Source of the DNA: Octopus sinensis
Lineage: Eukaryota
NCBI RefSeq assembly: GCF_006345805.1
Contig: NC_043005.1
Location: forward strand, 38,936,001-39,000,000
Length of the DNA stretch: 64,000 bases
Reading direction: 5' to 3'
Shown piece by piece: positions 41,880-54,969 of the stretch. The stretch's first letter is position 1. Every line of letters starts with the position of its first letter. Both the position numbers and the translations under genes were made by a program. The notes under the pieces are model-generated. The model was not told the origin of the DNA, did no database searches, and worked only from the letters and a program-made list of their open reading frames with translations.

Positions 41880-41959
41880 TATGTATGTATATATATACAT
41901 ATACATACAAATATATACATGTATATATATATATATATATATGTATGTATATTTATATA

Positions 41960-41993
<34 letters not shown>

Positions 41994-42294
41994 CGTTGCG
42001 AATATTTATTTTTTTAACTTATTTCAGCTGTGGCAACGCTTTGAGAGTTATCGTCGAACAAATTGACATAATACTTACTGTTCCACATCTGGTAATTATT
42101 CTGTCGGTTTCTTTTAACCAAACCCCTATGTTACTGGGAGGTGAACAAACCAACACCCGTTGACAAGTACTGAAAGACAAGCACGAACATTAACGTGCGC
42201 GCGCGTGCACCCAACACAAACTCATGCGCGCACGCGAACACACGAACATACACGTATGTATTTATATATAAGACGTGATAGAATTTTCAGGATT

Positions 42295-43200
42295 TTCTTT
42301 CTCCTTTCTTGAATATACTGATCTGACGGCGTCTTTGAGATCATTTAGGACCTGGCGTACCACCCACATCATAAGAAACAGGATGGAGGGTTTAATTTTC
42401 AGCGGCAATCCGCCCTCTGGCAACAATTCGAATGGGATATCATTGAGTCCCGGGCTTTTTTTTCTTTTTTCTTTTCTTTCTTTTTTTTTTTTTTGCTTTC
42501 ATACATTTCATTAATTTACGGAACTCGAGCTTTTATCTAAGGTTGTGATAGACAGAAAATTGCTATTCTCAGAATGTCTTCTGTTGTTGATTCACGATTT
42601 AGCAAAACAGAAGAATGTTACTTCCAGCGGCCTAGGATGTTCAGCGGCTTAGTTAGAATGTTAACATTGTCTGCCGCAAGTCGAATATCATTTGACGACT
42701 TTACAGGACCAAACAGTTGTTTGATTCCAGCATAGAAATTTCTAAGACTTCAAGCATCAAAATGCTATTGAAACGCCCTTGCTTTCCGTTGCCCCCAAGC
42801 TTTCTATGTCTCACTCAGCCGTGTTTGGTACTTTTGTTTGATATTCTCCAAGCTGGTCTTCTTCATGCGATAATTGGGCCTTTCTCTTTTCATCGATCAG
42901 CCACTTGATTTCTTTCCCGTTGTCATGAAACCAGTCTTGATTCTTTCTTTTGGAAAATCCGATAGTGCATTTGTCAGCCAGCTTCGGAGATGATGTTTTT
43001 CAAGGAAGACCATTTTTCTTCCAAGGTGTGATTACCTGCAAAGTTGGAGTTGATCTTATCGCGAATGGAATTTTGATATCTGATTCTCCACTGGTAATTC
43101 TGGGGGTTTGAGCTGTCAAATGAAGGCCGATCGGAAGTGGGGACATGGTATTCATTGTGCTTGCTCTACTGCATATCAGCATTTCTGAATTATTGACTTC
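42295..43200 (-). mobile_element. Old RTE-clade LINE fragment (end of endonuclease, linker, RT N-terminus)
   Basis: Minus strand RKNQDWFHDNGKEI and PGLNDIPFEL..GG......LF..MW....V.NDLKDA; many stops. Confidence 0.72.
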
Positions 43201-45283
43201 TTTCAGATAATGGCTGTCTAGCTAGAAATATATGACTGGTATTATTTTCTCAATACTAGTATTGTGTGATCAATGCTAAAGAAGTATCAATACATGCATT
43301 TGTTGATCAATACTGATACGATGTTTTCAACACTGGAGAAATAGCGATAGTGGTGTTATTTTATTAATAATATTATGGTAGCAATACTAATATTATTTTC
43401 ATTATACTAGAAGGATAAATTTCAGGCATATTTCAAACTATCGAAAAGTGAACAGGGAGCCAGTATACGAAAAGCAAATTAAATCTTCCAATATTTTATC
43501 TCAGTAAAATAAGATTCGCAACAATATTGAGTAATGTACGTAATTCTGTATTCTAATATCTGATATTACCTCATTTGACGTGAGCTTAATTAATTATTAT
43601 CGATTTTATTTCGAAGGGTTTGCCCACACATATTTTATACTCGCTGATTCGTTCTCCTTGAATCTGTTGCCGACCACCTTCAACATTTGATTTGAGATTA
43701 TGCTGCATCCCAAGCTATTTGATATGTCTTACATCTGATATTGGATAACCTCAACTGTGAGTTCAAGTTAAAATCAATAAATTTTACAGAAACAGTCAAA
43801 AACCGTCGAAATCTTTATAGAGGAGAGAAATTCTTAGCCAATTTCTTTCTTGCTATAGCTATATACTCTGGATACTATAAATCTTTTGCTCTAACTTAAA
43901 CGAATCTGATGAGGTTTCTTTACGATAATTTCCGTTGTTTGTCGATAAATATAGTGCCAAATTTTAATACTTCTGGCAAACAAACTGTATTATTTATTAA
44001 TGACTAAATAATAAACACCATAAACGAACTGACTCAAGAAAACAAAATAAATCCTAATCAACCCATAAATATCTCTATAATCAACCCGTTAGTATTTCAC
44101 AACCGCCAACAACCAAATCTATTAAAGTACATTACTTTTCGCTCGCGATTTCATGTACTGAGATAGAAATGATCTGAGCCAAACTTTTCGATGTTTTCTT
44201 TTATAGTATTTCTATAATATATTTTCAACACAGTCCAATTTCGATCATATTATTACAAATGTTTCAATTAGAGGTAAGAAGATTTTATCTAAATCTTGAA
44301 GAACACATTTATTGATTTGACTAAATTCTATTAGTAAAAATTTAGTAATTGTAGGTACATACCTAATCTATTAAACAGGAAAGAAAAGGAAAGATTGGAC
44401 GCGCTGTGAATCTATATAAAAATAGGACGGCCGCTTATGAGATAAATAGATCTATATGAGATTTACATAGGGTACCAACTGAGATAAACCATTGTATGTG
44501 GAGAGGGTTACTATCAAAAGTATAAATATCAATCTATTCGTTTCGGAATGAATGAGTTATCCAAGAACACAATGCTATGCCCATTAGGGAAAGATCTCTA
44601 GTCGCTGTATTGATATTAATGTACTCACGTAAAAAAGGACCTCCTTGAAACTCTTGTCGATTTGTTACCTTTCTTTCTCGTATACTATTTTACATTTTCT
44701 ATATATTCATAAATATTACGTTTTATTGAGCCAACAGTTTTACACTATTTGTATTAGATGTATTCCTTTTAACAAGAAATGTATTAATTTTTCCGTCTAA
44801 AGAGACTTTCTGAAGAGCAACATCAGGGTCTCATTTGTTATAAATATGATTGAGAGTATTGGTTCTGAGGTTAAAATTTCACAATTTTTCCCTCTGGTCG
44901 ATAAACTAAACCAGATCGCAGATATTCCACCATATATTGATGCTAGCTGTCATCAATGTAAAGAGGCTGTAAAACCTAAATCCGCGTAAAAATAAAATGG
45001 CATTATGGTGTAAAAAATTAGCAACAAAGCCTAGCTTGTAAATAATTATCATTGCTCGGTTAAGGCCTTAATAGCTCAACAAGTATCATGTGTGAAGGAA
45101 ATTTTAACTTTTGTTCCCTCAATTCAATAACGCTATTATTTCACAAAATATTTTTAGGATTTATGACACGTTTGAAAAAGAGAAAATATTTTTTATCAAG
45201 CTAGTTTCCAATTATTCGTCATCATAAACTTCAAATAGTTATGATAAATTGAGGTTATTCTCAATGTACAACGGCAACGAAGC

Positions 45284-45490
45284 AAAATATAAATTATTGA
45301 ATCCATCTAAGTTATATTCCTTTAGAACAGACCAGAATTCAATAAAATATACAGTTGGTTACTTCACTATCGTTGTTCTTTTTGTTGTTACCTTTCTTGT
45401 TGTGCGAAAATATAAATTTATGAATCCATCCTGGTTATATTCCTACAGAACACAATGTGATTTCAATAAAATATACAGCTGTTTATTTCA
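45284..45490. repeat. Diverged ~83-bp direct repeat, offset 123 bp
   Basis: AAAATATAAATT..TGAATCCATC..GTTATATTCCT..AGAACA...TTCAATAAAATATACAG at 45284 and 45407. Confidence 0.85.
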
Positions 45491-47509
45491 GTAAGTTGAC
45501 GTCTTAAATAATAAAAGGTAGCTTGCCTATCATTACGCTTTAGATGATCGAACGTTTTGTCAAATGTGGAAAAAAAACATACTATTTAAAAACTACTCTT
45601 TCTTATACACATGCACTCAAAGACTAAAATAATTGAATGCCACTAACATACACGATACCAGGTGAAATTGTCAAGCTGTTTTAGGTTTTAAAAAATAAGC
45701 AACGTTCCTGCTTTATTTAATAAAATGATACAGAACGTTGATAAGTGTTGAAGATATAACGTGTGAATAATCATACTTTGAAATACGATTTTAATATTAA
45801 TAAAACATAATTAAATTCTCTGGAAGATATAAAAGTATAAAAGTCGACGTAATTACACATTACGCTTATTATTAGTTCTACTTTTGAGAATCTAAGAGGC
45901 TGAAAGGCAAAATAGACTTTGGTGTAAATGGAGGTAACTAAACTAAAGTACTGAACTAAGTTCAGGAATAGATGTGCGAAGCAGTGACTGAGTGTAAACA
46001 AAATTAATACCCGTCCAAATATGCGGAAGTGATATTTGAACAGGTATTTGAACATGAATTTGTTGCAGCATGACTGACGATATGCGCCATGAGTCAATAA
46101 TATTTTCTGATTTCTTATAGGAAAAACCTCACCCCTCAGTAAGGTCAGAATAAGCTCTCCTTTGGTATTTGCAGCGACCAAGAACTAAGAATTTGAAATG
46201 GACGCATCCAGTAGTCTATTAGTAAGTGGTTTCAGTTGACTATGGTGTTTTACACTATTTTGTCTTAAGCGGGGATATTTCCTCCATGACAAACTGCAGT
46301 GTTTATCCTTTTAATGAGTTCAAACATCTCTCAGACATATTGGAGCAAGCTTTAAGTTTGTTTACTGAACTACGTATCGCAAGGAAACTCCATATTTGCT
46401 ATTGCTTGTACAATCTCCGCCATACATATACAATGCTAATACGGTTTGTAGTTACTATTTGCAATACTAAACATAAACTTCTGATAATAAGTTTACATTG
46501 AAATACAAAAACAACAGCGTTACTGAACATCTATCAGCTGAGCTGCGTCATTCACTCGATACCAGTTGCTAGAGCGTAATGTCTACTGATATTTCGTTGC
46601 GGAGAAATATGGACATTTTGTAACAAGGTTGATGCTAATTTCACATTTCGTAATAACAGAGAAAGATTGTAATTTCCACATGCTGGAATTTCTACTTGTT
46701 TTATTTTTCCATCGATAATTCTATTTCGAAGTTTGCAACAGACAAAATGGGATAATTGCAAATCACAGCATTTGTTGGACGTTTAAGAAAAGACGAACGA
46801 TGTTGGCAGCTATGACTTATAGTTATATTTTTAGCAATTAAAGTGATGCTGGCGATATTGATGGAACTTCATCAGAATAGTGTGATGTAGTGATGTTAAT
46901 GATTGTTATATTGACTGGCTGATGGCAGGAGTAAGTGGTAGGCTGATGAATTAGAATTTGTTGGCGTCTATAAAGAGTAATGGTGGCTAAGAATTTATTG
47001 CATTAAAGTAACAGATTTCTCATTACGTCAATTAACACACATGACTTCCATTTCTTTAACAATCCTGTAAAATCCCGCAAAAGGAAATTATGTCTCTGAC
47101 TCGGCGTCAAGAATGCGACGTCGGGTGATGGACGCGTCAGATTTAATAAGAAGGCTATTTGTAGCAAATTTAAAGCTTGTGGACGAATATTTTAAATCTT
47201 CAGTGATCGTAATAACTCACAGCTGTAAAAGCATTAGTCCGTTTAATTTGGACTTCTGCTTCTGGACATAAACCGTGTGATAAGTTAAGTCTTTAGACCG
47301 GGTGTGTGAAATGCAATTGTACAATCAACAATGGCGGCATTAACTTTAATCAACAGCAGAGAATAAAGTGGATGGGGTGGGGGTGGGGTGAACGAAGCTA
47401 AGTAATCGAACCGCATTCAATTATCAGCTAAAATCTCTTTTCAGTGCTTTTGCTCTTTTAGTCGATTTATTGCAATTTATAAATTCATGAAGATCACGGG
47501 ACATCGTAA

Positions 47510-47549
47510 TGAAAGGGGATGCAGGACAGCAACAACAACTACTATTACC

Positions 47550-47598
<49 letters not shown>

Positions 47599-47762
47599 AT
47601 AATGACGATGACGATGATGATAACGATGATGATATTACTGCTACTACTGCAGCAACTACTTAATCTAATAATAGTGGTGCTGGTGGTGATGGTTGTATGC
47701 TTCTGTCGTTACTGGTGATGGTGATCGTCTTTCTAGTAGTAGTAGTAGTAGTATTGGTAGGG

Positions 47763-47798
<36 letters not shown>

Positions 47799-47829
47799 TT
47801 GGTAGTAGTAGTAGTAGTAGTAGTAGTAA

Positions 47830-47873
<44 letters not shown>

Positions 47874-48060
47874 ATAGTAGTAGTAGTAGTAGTAGTAGTA
47901 GTAGCAGCAGCAGCAACAGTAGCAGCACCATCACCAGCAACAGCACCAGCAGTGGCTACGGCGGCGGCGGCGAAATCGGTTTTGGGGCTGATGCTGCTAG
48001 TAGTGGTGCTGGTGTTTATATTAGCAGCAATACTCTTCATCGTACTTTGTACAGTTACGC
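47510..48060. repeat. Compound trinucleotide array (CTG, GAT, TAG, CAG, GCG)
   Basis: Directly visible; source of the poly-T/L/S/V ORFs. Confidence 0.9.
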
Positions 48061-48096
48061 TACAAGAAAGGGATTTATTGTGACTGGGAATGTTAT

Positions 48097-48620
48097 GTTA
48101 GTTAGTTAGTTAGTTAATTTGGCTCAAAAGCAAATAGCAAGGCCATGTAGGGGGACATGGAGTTAAGTACAGGGTGGTGTTCATGTAAAGAGTTCAGGCC
48201 ACTTGAGGTCAAGGGAGGCTTTGAACAAAGCGGTCGTCGGCATCTTCACCATCTCGTCTGGCAGCTTGTTCCGCGGATCCGCAACCCGGACGGAGAAAGC
48301 TCCTCTCCTTCGATTGAGATGAAATCGTCGCAGGTAGAGCTTTTCGAAATGACCCCGCAGCCGACGCTCCGGAGCAGGAGTGAAGAACAGCTCTTTCGAG
48401 AGATTACACTTCCCGCTTATGATGTTGTGGGCGAGAATGAGATCACCACGGCGGCGGCGTTTTTCAAGAGAATAAAGGTCGAGCGTCCTCAGCCTTTCTT
48501 CTTAGGACAAATTTTTGAGACCATGAACCATGCGGGTAGCCAGCCTCTGGACTCTTTCGAGATGCTGTATGTCTTTGAGGAGATAAGGAGAAGAGGCTTG
48601 AATCCCATACTCCATATGAT
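48097..48620 (-). mobile_element. CR1 LINE 3' fragment with a (TAAC)n tail
   Basis: MEYGIQASSPYLLKDIQHLERVQRLATRMV.GL..LS*EERLRTLDLYSLEKRRRRGDLI...RGH..KL...FSVRV; one stop and CpG-rich. Confidence 0.88.
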
Positions 48621-48955
48621 ATGTGTTGTAGCTATGATTGCTCTGTTGATCTAGAGATATATTTGTGGTTGATGTTAATCAATAGACAAATAAACATTGT
48701 CATTCTACACATAACTACCATATCTCGTTCTGATCCATAAAATACTAATAACAATATTGTCCAGCATATCTTACATTAATTCATTTGTTTGACGATTCGC
48801 AAAAGGCATCGTGTAGCTAATATTTAGTGTTACATAATGTCAAGTAGAATGAAGTCGAGCGGTGGGTAAGACATGTCTCTAACAGTGTTGTTTGATTTAA
48901 ATGTAGAAGTTTAGGTTGTGATACATAACTAGCAGGCGATTGGTGTAGTATTCGT

Positions 48956-48999
<44 letters not shown>

Positions 49000-49022
49000 G
49001 TATGTATATATATATAGTTATG

Positions 49023-49079
<57 letters not shown>

Positions 49080-49131
49080 GTTATGTATATATATATATAT
49101 ATAATAATATATATATATATATATATGTATG

Positions 49132-49211
<80 letters not shown>

Positions 49212-49215
<4 letters not shown>

Positions 49216-49419
49216 ATCCAAACATGAAAACACAAAGAGAAAACACAACAACGCGAGGACGTGGAACAAATATACCATTATTGGACGCTCAGGAAGGAAG
49301 GAAAGAAGGAGGGTTTAACGTTTCGAGCGGAGCTCTTGTCAGAAACATAAGAAAAGGAAAGATCCAAAGAAGGGAAGACGGAGGATAAAAATCGCCAACG
49401 GTACACACGCGGTCACATT

Positions 49420-49425
<6 letters not shown>
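49212..49425 (-). mobile_element. Penelope pLTR-like fragment between (TA)n tracts, with a minimal hammerhead at 49313-49346
   Basis: Minus strand gttt-CTGACAA-GAGC(tcc)GCTC-GAAA-CG-TT-aaac; the downstream CCTGAGCGTC..CACGTCCTCGCG is shared with 53300-53390. Confidence 0.6.
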
Positions 49426-49467
<42 letters not shown>

Positions 49468-50991
49468 TCATAAAATTTTATCTCGTTTTGCAGTCTAATA
49501 ACTTAACCAGTTCTTGTTCAAATAACTTCAAATTTTAAAAGGATGCGTACAAACAGGTTAACATTTTATGCGTAATGTGTGATATATTTATCTTTTCAGG
49601 TGTAGAAATGGCATTCACTGGAAGAGGAATATAATATTTCTTGGTCTATCATAGATGACAATGTTCTATACTATGGCCTGCGCTGGTTATGCTTAAAGTA
49701 ATGTAAACTGATCTTTTAGATAATCCACTACTTTTATTAAACAATACAAAGAAATGTTTACTATATGTCATCTCAGATTTTTTAAAATATTCCGTTTTTA
49801 TCGCAAAATTAAATGTAGTTCTTTGAATGTCTATCACAAATCTCATATAAACTGAATTCACTTCTTACACCAAGCTGGCTTAATTCAATCTAAGTATACT
49901 TATATCACCAACCTAAATGTGTATGTTGAGATCCCTCAACACAATTCTCACTCACTTTAAATGGAGGTACTTCTTACAACTATTTAATTCAACTTATACC
50001 ACAAATATATATGTAGTAATTTCATTCTTAATAAACGACTTAACCACATTAGATTGGTTTACTATTCCGCTTACTTAATTTTTCCGCCTAGATCCAATAT
50101 GAATCATATTAATCGTCTTTTCTCACTTTGATTATCCTTTTATATAACAATCCGACATTTTTTGCTTGCATCCCCTATTCTCGAACTCTGGAACATTCCG
50201 TATTCTATCATTTTTAATATTTAATCTTACTTTCCATTGTAACTGGAATGATATCGTCATCATCAAACTAACTGTTATTCTCTAGTGGCCACATACAGCT
50301 AGTAGATTTTTGTTGAATATTCTCTACTAAGAGACAAGATTTACAATCTGTGTTCTCTCTTATTTAATATGTCTACACACTCGCCTAAACATATACATTA
50401 CCTTCAATAAACACTAAAATTAAATATTAATGCCTTATTAGTACAATAAACGATTCATTTTAGTGACTCCCAAGTTGAATAGATCTCCGCTATATCTCCA
50501 CCTCCCGAGGACTGAATTGAGCGCAAATATATGGGTTGCTACTGCTTATTTTGCACAACGTTCTCCGTCTGCGCATCTGTTCTTGAAACAGTTCCAAGAG
50601 ATTTTCTGCCTACTTATTTTGTTCCTTCTCATGACCTGTACTCATGTAATTTTCAGTTTCAAATTTATTACTGTCATAATTAAACCTGATATCAATTGTT
50701 TCGCCTTTTTATACTTTTATCATTTTACGCTTATATATATGTGTGTGTTTGTGAGTTTGTGCGTGTGTTTGCGCGCACGCTTGTGTGTTGTATTGTATCT
50801 GTGCACAACAACTTTCCGCCCTATTGACATGGCCTACAGACAACCCGGAACAAGATATCCAATGCCAAGATGAGTTGCAGTCCCGCGATTGTGAGCGCGC
50901 TATTTTATCAAGCGCAAGCAAAATATTCTCAGAAACCTCAATGGTATTCCGTCCATTGTGTATATGTGTGTATGTGTATGTGTGTGTGTGC

Positions 50992-51095
<104 letters not shown>

Positions 51096-52074
51096 AATAC
51101 GACACTGTTCGTGGCCAAATTCGTCACAAGGAGAATAGAAACATTCGATTCCTACAGAGAAATCGTATTAATGTATTACTCCAGTTATTAATCATCTATA
51201 TTTAATATGCTTCCGTTTATTGAACGCCTGATATTCTATTTAAATAGAGACACTGTATTTCCATCCAATACTGGGAGCAGATGATAACTGGGACGCCATT
51301 TTCAAGTTAGCTTAATGCCGATGTGGTCACACAGGTCGAGATTTTATTCACAAATATTAATCAAAGTTGCTCTGTCTAATGAATATTAATAGAAACAATC
51401 AATCAGACAAACTACCCCAAACATACGTACACACATACACTAATATGCACTAACACATATATTCGTACGTATACAAATATAGACAGGAACTTGTGTACGA
51501 AATGGAGTTAGCAAGAGAGTGCGTATATGCCTCAGTATTGATCTCTGTAAAATTATTATGCAATGACAGATACAGGCCTTCCTTAAAGCGTCTTGAAAAA
51601 CAATTATCACCAAGAAACTTCGACTGGACGTGCAGTTTTATCCAGGATTGAAAACTTATCATTATAAATACTGCTAATTTAAATGCGTTCGTACAAATGC
51701 GTATTCATTTAAAAACACTTTAACAAAATATATTTCGTTGCCAAACGGAATTCTCATTAAGAAGTGTTCTAGAAAACATTCGCAAAAATATATTAATTGT
51801 AATCTTTTACAGATAACAGCGTTTATTTAAAACATTACAGTACACAATTATTATTGCCAATATTCAATTAAGCAGACTACTGCAGAAATATTCTATTACA
51901 AACCATTAATAAATTCTTCTTATATATTAATTAATATATTCATCCATCCATACATATATGCATGTATGTAAATATTAAATACATACAAACATACATACAT
52001 ACATGCATACATGCATACATACATACATACATACATACATACATACATACATACATACATACATACATACATTT

Positions 52075-52660
52075 GATGGTTACAAACTCGTTTTCGGGTA
52101 ATGCCATCGCCCGATCGAAAATCACACATATGCGAGGGCTACGATCAGCCATTTTTGTGATAGAATTTACTTTTTTCCATCGATGCCTGTGCATGATGTT
52201 CTTTCTTATAGCGGGGAAAGGATTTGTACACATCCAATCCCACTCTCTGAACATGGACAAATATAAACTCGAAAAGAACTTGTCTACATCATCGAATAGT
52301 GTCATTGTCGCATGTTTTCTCTGAGTGTCGCCCTCCTACAGAGATGCTTTGACAACAGAGGGGCCTCCCACTCCCTGTTGGCTAACCACGCGTCTGGACG
52401 CCAACCCAGGTAATTCCATGTTCCCAAGCATGCATCCACGCATGCATACACGTGTTCATATGTTGTTGGATGGCCGTTGACGGTCCGTGAGATCTTCCGT
52501 CCTTTCACATGTCTTATCTTTCGTCCTGCAGAGTATCCAACAATCACCATCCTCACCAAGCAAGCTTGATTGGGTTGCCATTTTAGTCACCGACAAACCG
52601 ACCATGCCACAGGTTGTACTGGATTACATGTTACCAGTAGCACCCGGGACCGACCTGTCA
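52075..52660 (-). repeat. Unclassified repeat family X (copy B, most complete)
   Basis: Colinear with 33214-33750, from GTG.TACTGGTAACA through GAGTGGGATTG and TGCACAGGCAT to GC.ATGGC.TAC.CGA.AACGAG..ACCAT. Confidence 0.75.
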
Positions 52661-53039
52661 TATATATATATACAAACACACACACATACAAACACGCACG
52701 CACGCACACACACGCACACACACACATATATGTATATCAATACGGGTGAATGAACAAACGAACGGAAGAAACACTGAAAGCATACGGTAGGAGGTGTATT
52801 GATTAGCACGTTGACTTAGCTCCTTGTGTTACTTAAAATTTCGTATACGTGAAAATAGTAACATATCCGCGAATTATTGAAAGGAGGATATTCTAAGACT
52901 CATTACTTTTTAAAAACATTTTTGAAAGAACAGAATGACACGTACGTTATGGAATGGAGTTTATATACTATGTGTAAAAGCTGCCACTGTTCATCGTTCA
53001 TTGTGCAAATATATACATATATATATATAATATATATAT

Positions 53040-53070
<31 letters not shown>

Positions 53071-53393
53071 ATATATATATATTGGAATACTCAGTATAAA
53101 GCATTATGTGGAATATATTAATATATTACATAACATTCGTAAGGCCGAAACAATGCGAAATAAATCCAAGGTAAATTACAGGAAAACAGACATATGAATT
53201 AATGGTAACATATCCTGCATACAATATTTCAGGGTTATTAACCCCGCTTCAGGAATTAGCGAATGTTTCTACATATAAGCGTAAAACTCCTTTCTTTCCT
53301 ACCCTGACCGTCTGCTAATACTTTGTATGTACCACGTCCTCGCGCTGTTGTTTTACTTGTGTTTTTTCTTCGTTTTGTTTTTATTAACTATAT

Positions 53394-53452
<59 letters not shown>

Positions 53453-53595
53453 AGTTGTTATCCAAACTACTCAAGTGGTATCACAGCAAACATCCTTTAA
53501 TGGGTCAGGCTACAAGCTACATAGTAAACCATAGTAGCCTGACCCCTTAAAGGATCTTTGCTGTGATACCACTTGAGTAGTTTGGATCAACAACT
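53453..53595. repeat. Fold-back inverted repeat, ~61-bp arms with a 20-nt spacer
   Basis: 53453-53513 versus 53534-53595: reverse complements with two substitutions and one indel. Confidence 0.93.
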
Positions 53596-53876
53596 CATTT
53601 TGCCCAGTTTTAGACATCATTTTTTAAAAATTATCACTGTAGACATTAGTGTGAGAAAGAAGTGACTTTAAACCCAACAGAGAAACGATTATTATGTGTT
53701 TTTCACCCAAAATTTATTAAGATATTTTATTAGCATCCTTATTTGCAATCGTGTCAAAAGTTGCAAAAATGCACATGTCACCAATCATGTGTATATATAT
53801 ATATATGCTGCCACTTATTGATGAAATTTTTTTCTGTAAAAACTTCATCCTATATTAGCATGTATGTATATATATA

Positions 53877-53931
<55 letters not shown>

Positions 53932-54130
53932 CATACTCTCCTTTTTTCTCTGCTTTTTTCTCTCTCCTTGTTTCTCTCCTATTTTTTTCTGTGTTCCTTT
54001 CTGTGGAAAATCGTAGGCTTGAAACAAAATACTTTTTCTATTCCTGAGCGTTATACTCTATTTGTTTTGTACACCACCTGTCTTCGTCTTTTGTTTTTAT
54101 CTTAAACTGTCCCTATATATACATATATAT

Positions 54131-54185
<55 letters not shown>

Positions 54186-54196
54186 TATATATATAT

Positions 54197-54828
54197 ATAT
54201 TACATTATATAATTAGGGCTTAGTAAAATAAATTATTTTGCCACATACTGAACTTAGTAGAAATAGCAAGCAAAAAAAGTTTTCTTAGCATTTCTACTAC
54301 TTAAAGAAAATTTCTCTCAGATAATGTTTACTCCAGACAGCTCACAAAGGTTTGGGGGTAAATACAGAAAAATATCACAAGTACATAGATCGTTTGAGTA
54401 TGTCAACGTTTCAAGATTAGCCAAATAAAATCAGCATTTCTTTCGTCAGCTCAAAATTTCTTAATTTGGATTTGGAAACACTAAAAAGAAGGAACTTTAC
54501 CTATCAGCGAACTTGTCGCTTCAGATGAACCACTCCAACTAAACAGTGTCAACAAATTCAAAATGCGCAGGCGTAAAATTCTGCACTCCCCAGATTTTAT
54601 TTGGCTAATCTTGAAACGTTGACGTACTCAAACGATCTATGTACTTGTGATATTTTTCTGTATTTACCCCCAAACCTTCGTGAGCTGTCTGGAGTAAACA
54701 TTATCTGAGAGAAATTTTCTTTAAGTAGTAGAAATGCCAAGAAAATTTTTTTTGGCTGCTATTTCTACTAAGTTCAGTATGTGGCAAAGTAATTTATTTT
54801 ACTAAGCCCTAATTATATAATGTAATAT
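54197..54828. mobile_element. Long-TIR fold-back / MITE-like element: 236-bp arms, 160-bp spacer, TA-flanked
   Basis: 54197-54432 versus 54593-54828 are reverse complements with few mismatches; TA|TTACATTATATAATTAGGGC ... GCCCTAATTATATAATGTAA|TA. The inverted repeat is certain; the MITE interpretation is inference. Confidence 0.7.
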
Positions 54829-54908
54829 TTTGAATTCGCCTTAAATGGTCCTTTTACATACTGAACACTTGGTGAAATTGATAATTAATTAATTTTACCC
54901 TCAATTGT

Positions 54909-54969
<61 letters not shown>

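Noticed and set aside
44390-44425. ATTGG followed by TATATAAAA (promoter-like)
   Set aside because: The spacing is too short for a typical CCAAT-TATA pair, and such motifs are common in AT-rich DNA.
45771-46181. 136-aa minus-strand ORF
   Set aside because: Rich in F/L/I/Y as expected for AT-rich non-coding DNA; no recognisable motif or splice context.
51940-52305. Exon-like minus-strand ORF (MTLFDDVDKFFSSLYLSMFREWDW...) with apparent CAG acceptor and GTATGT donor
   Set aside because: The nucleotide sequence aligns colinearly with repeat X copy A (33540-33750), where the frame is not preserved; the apparent donor is the start of a (TATG)n tract.
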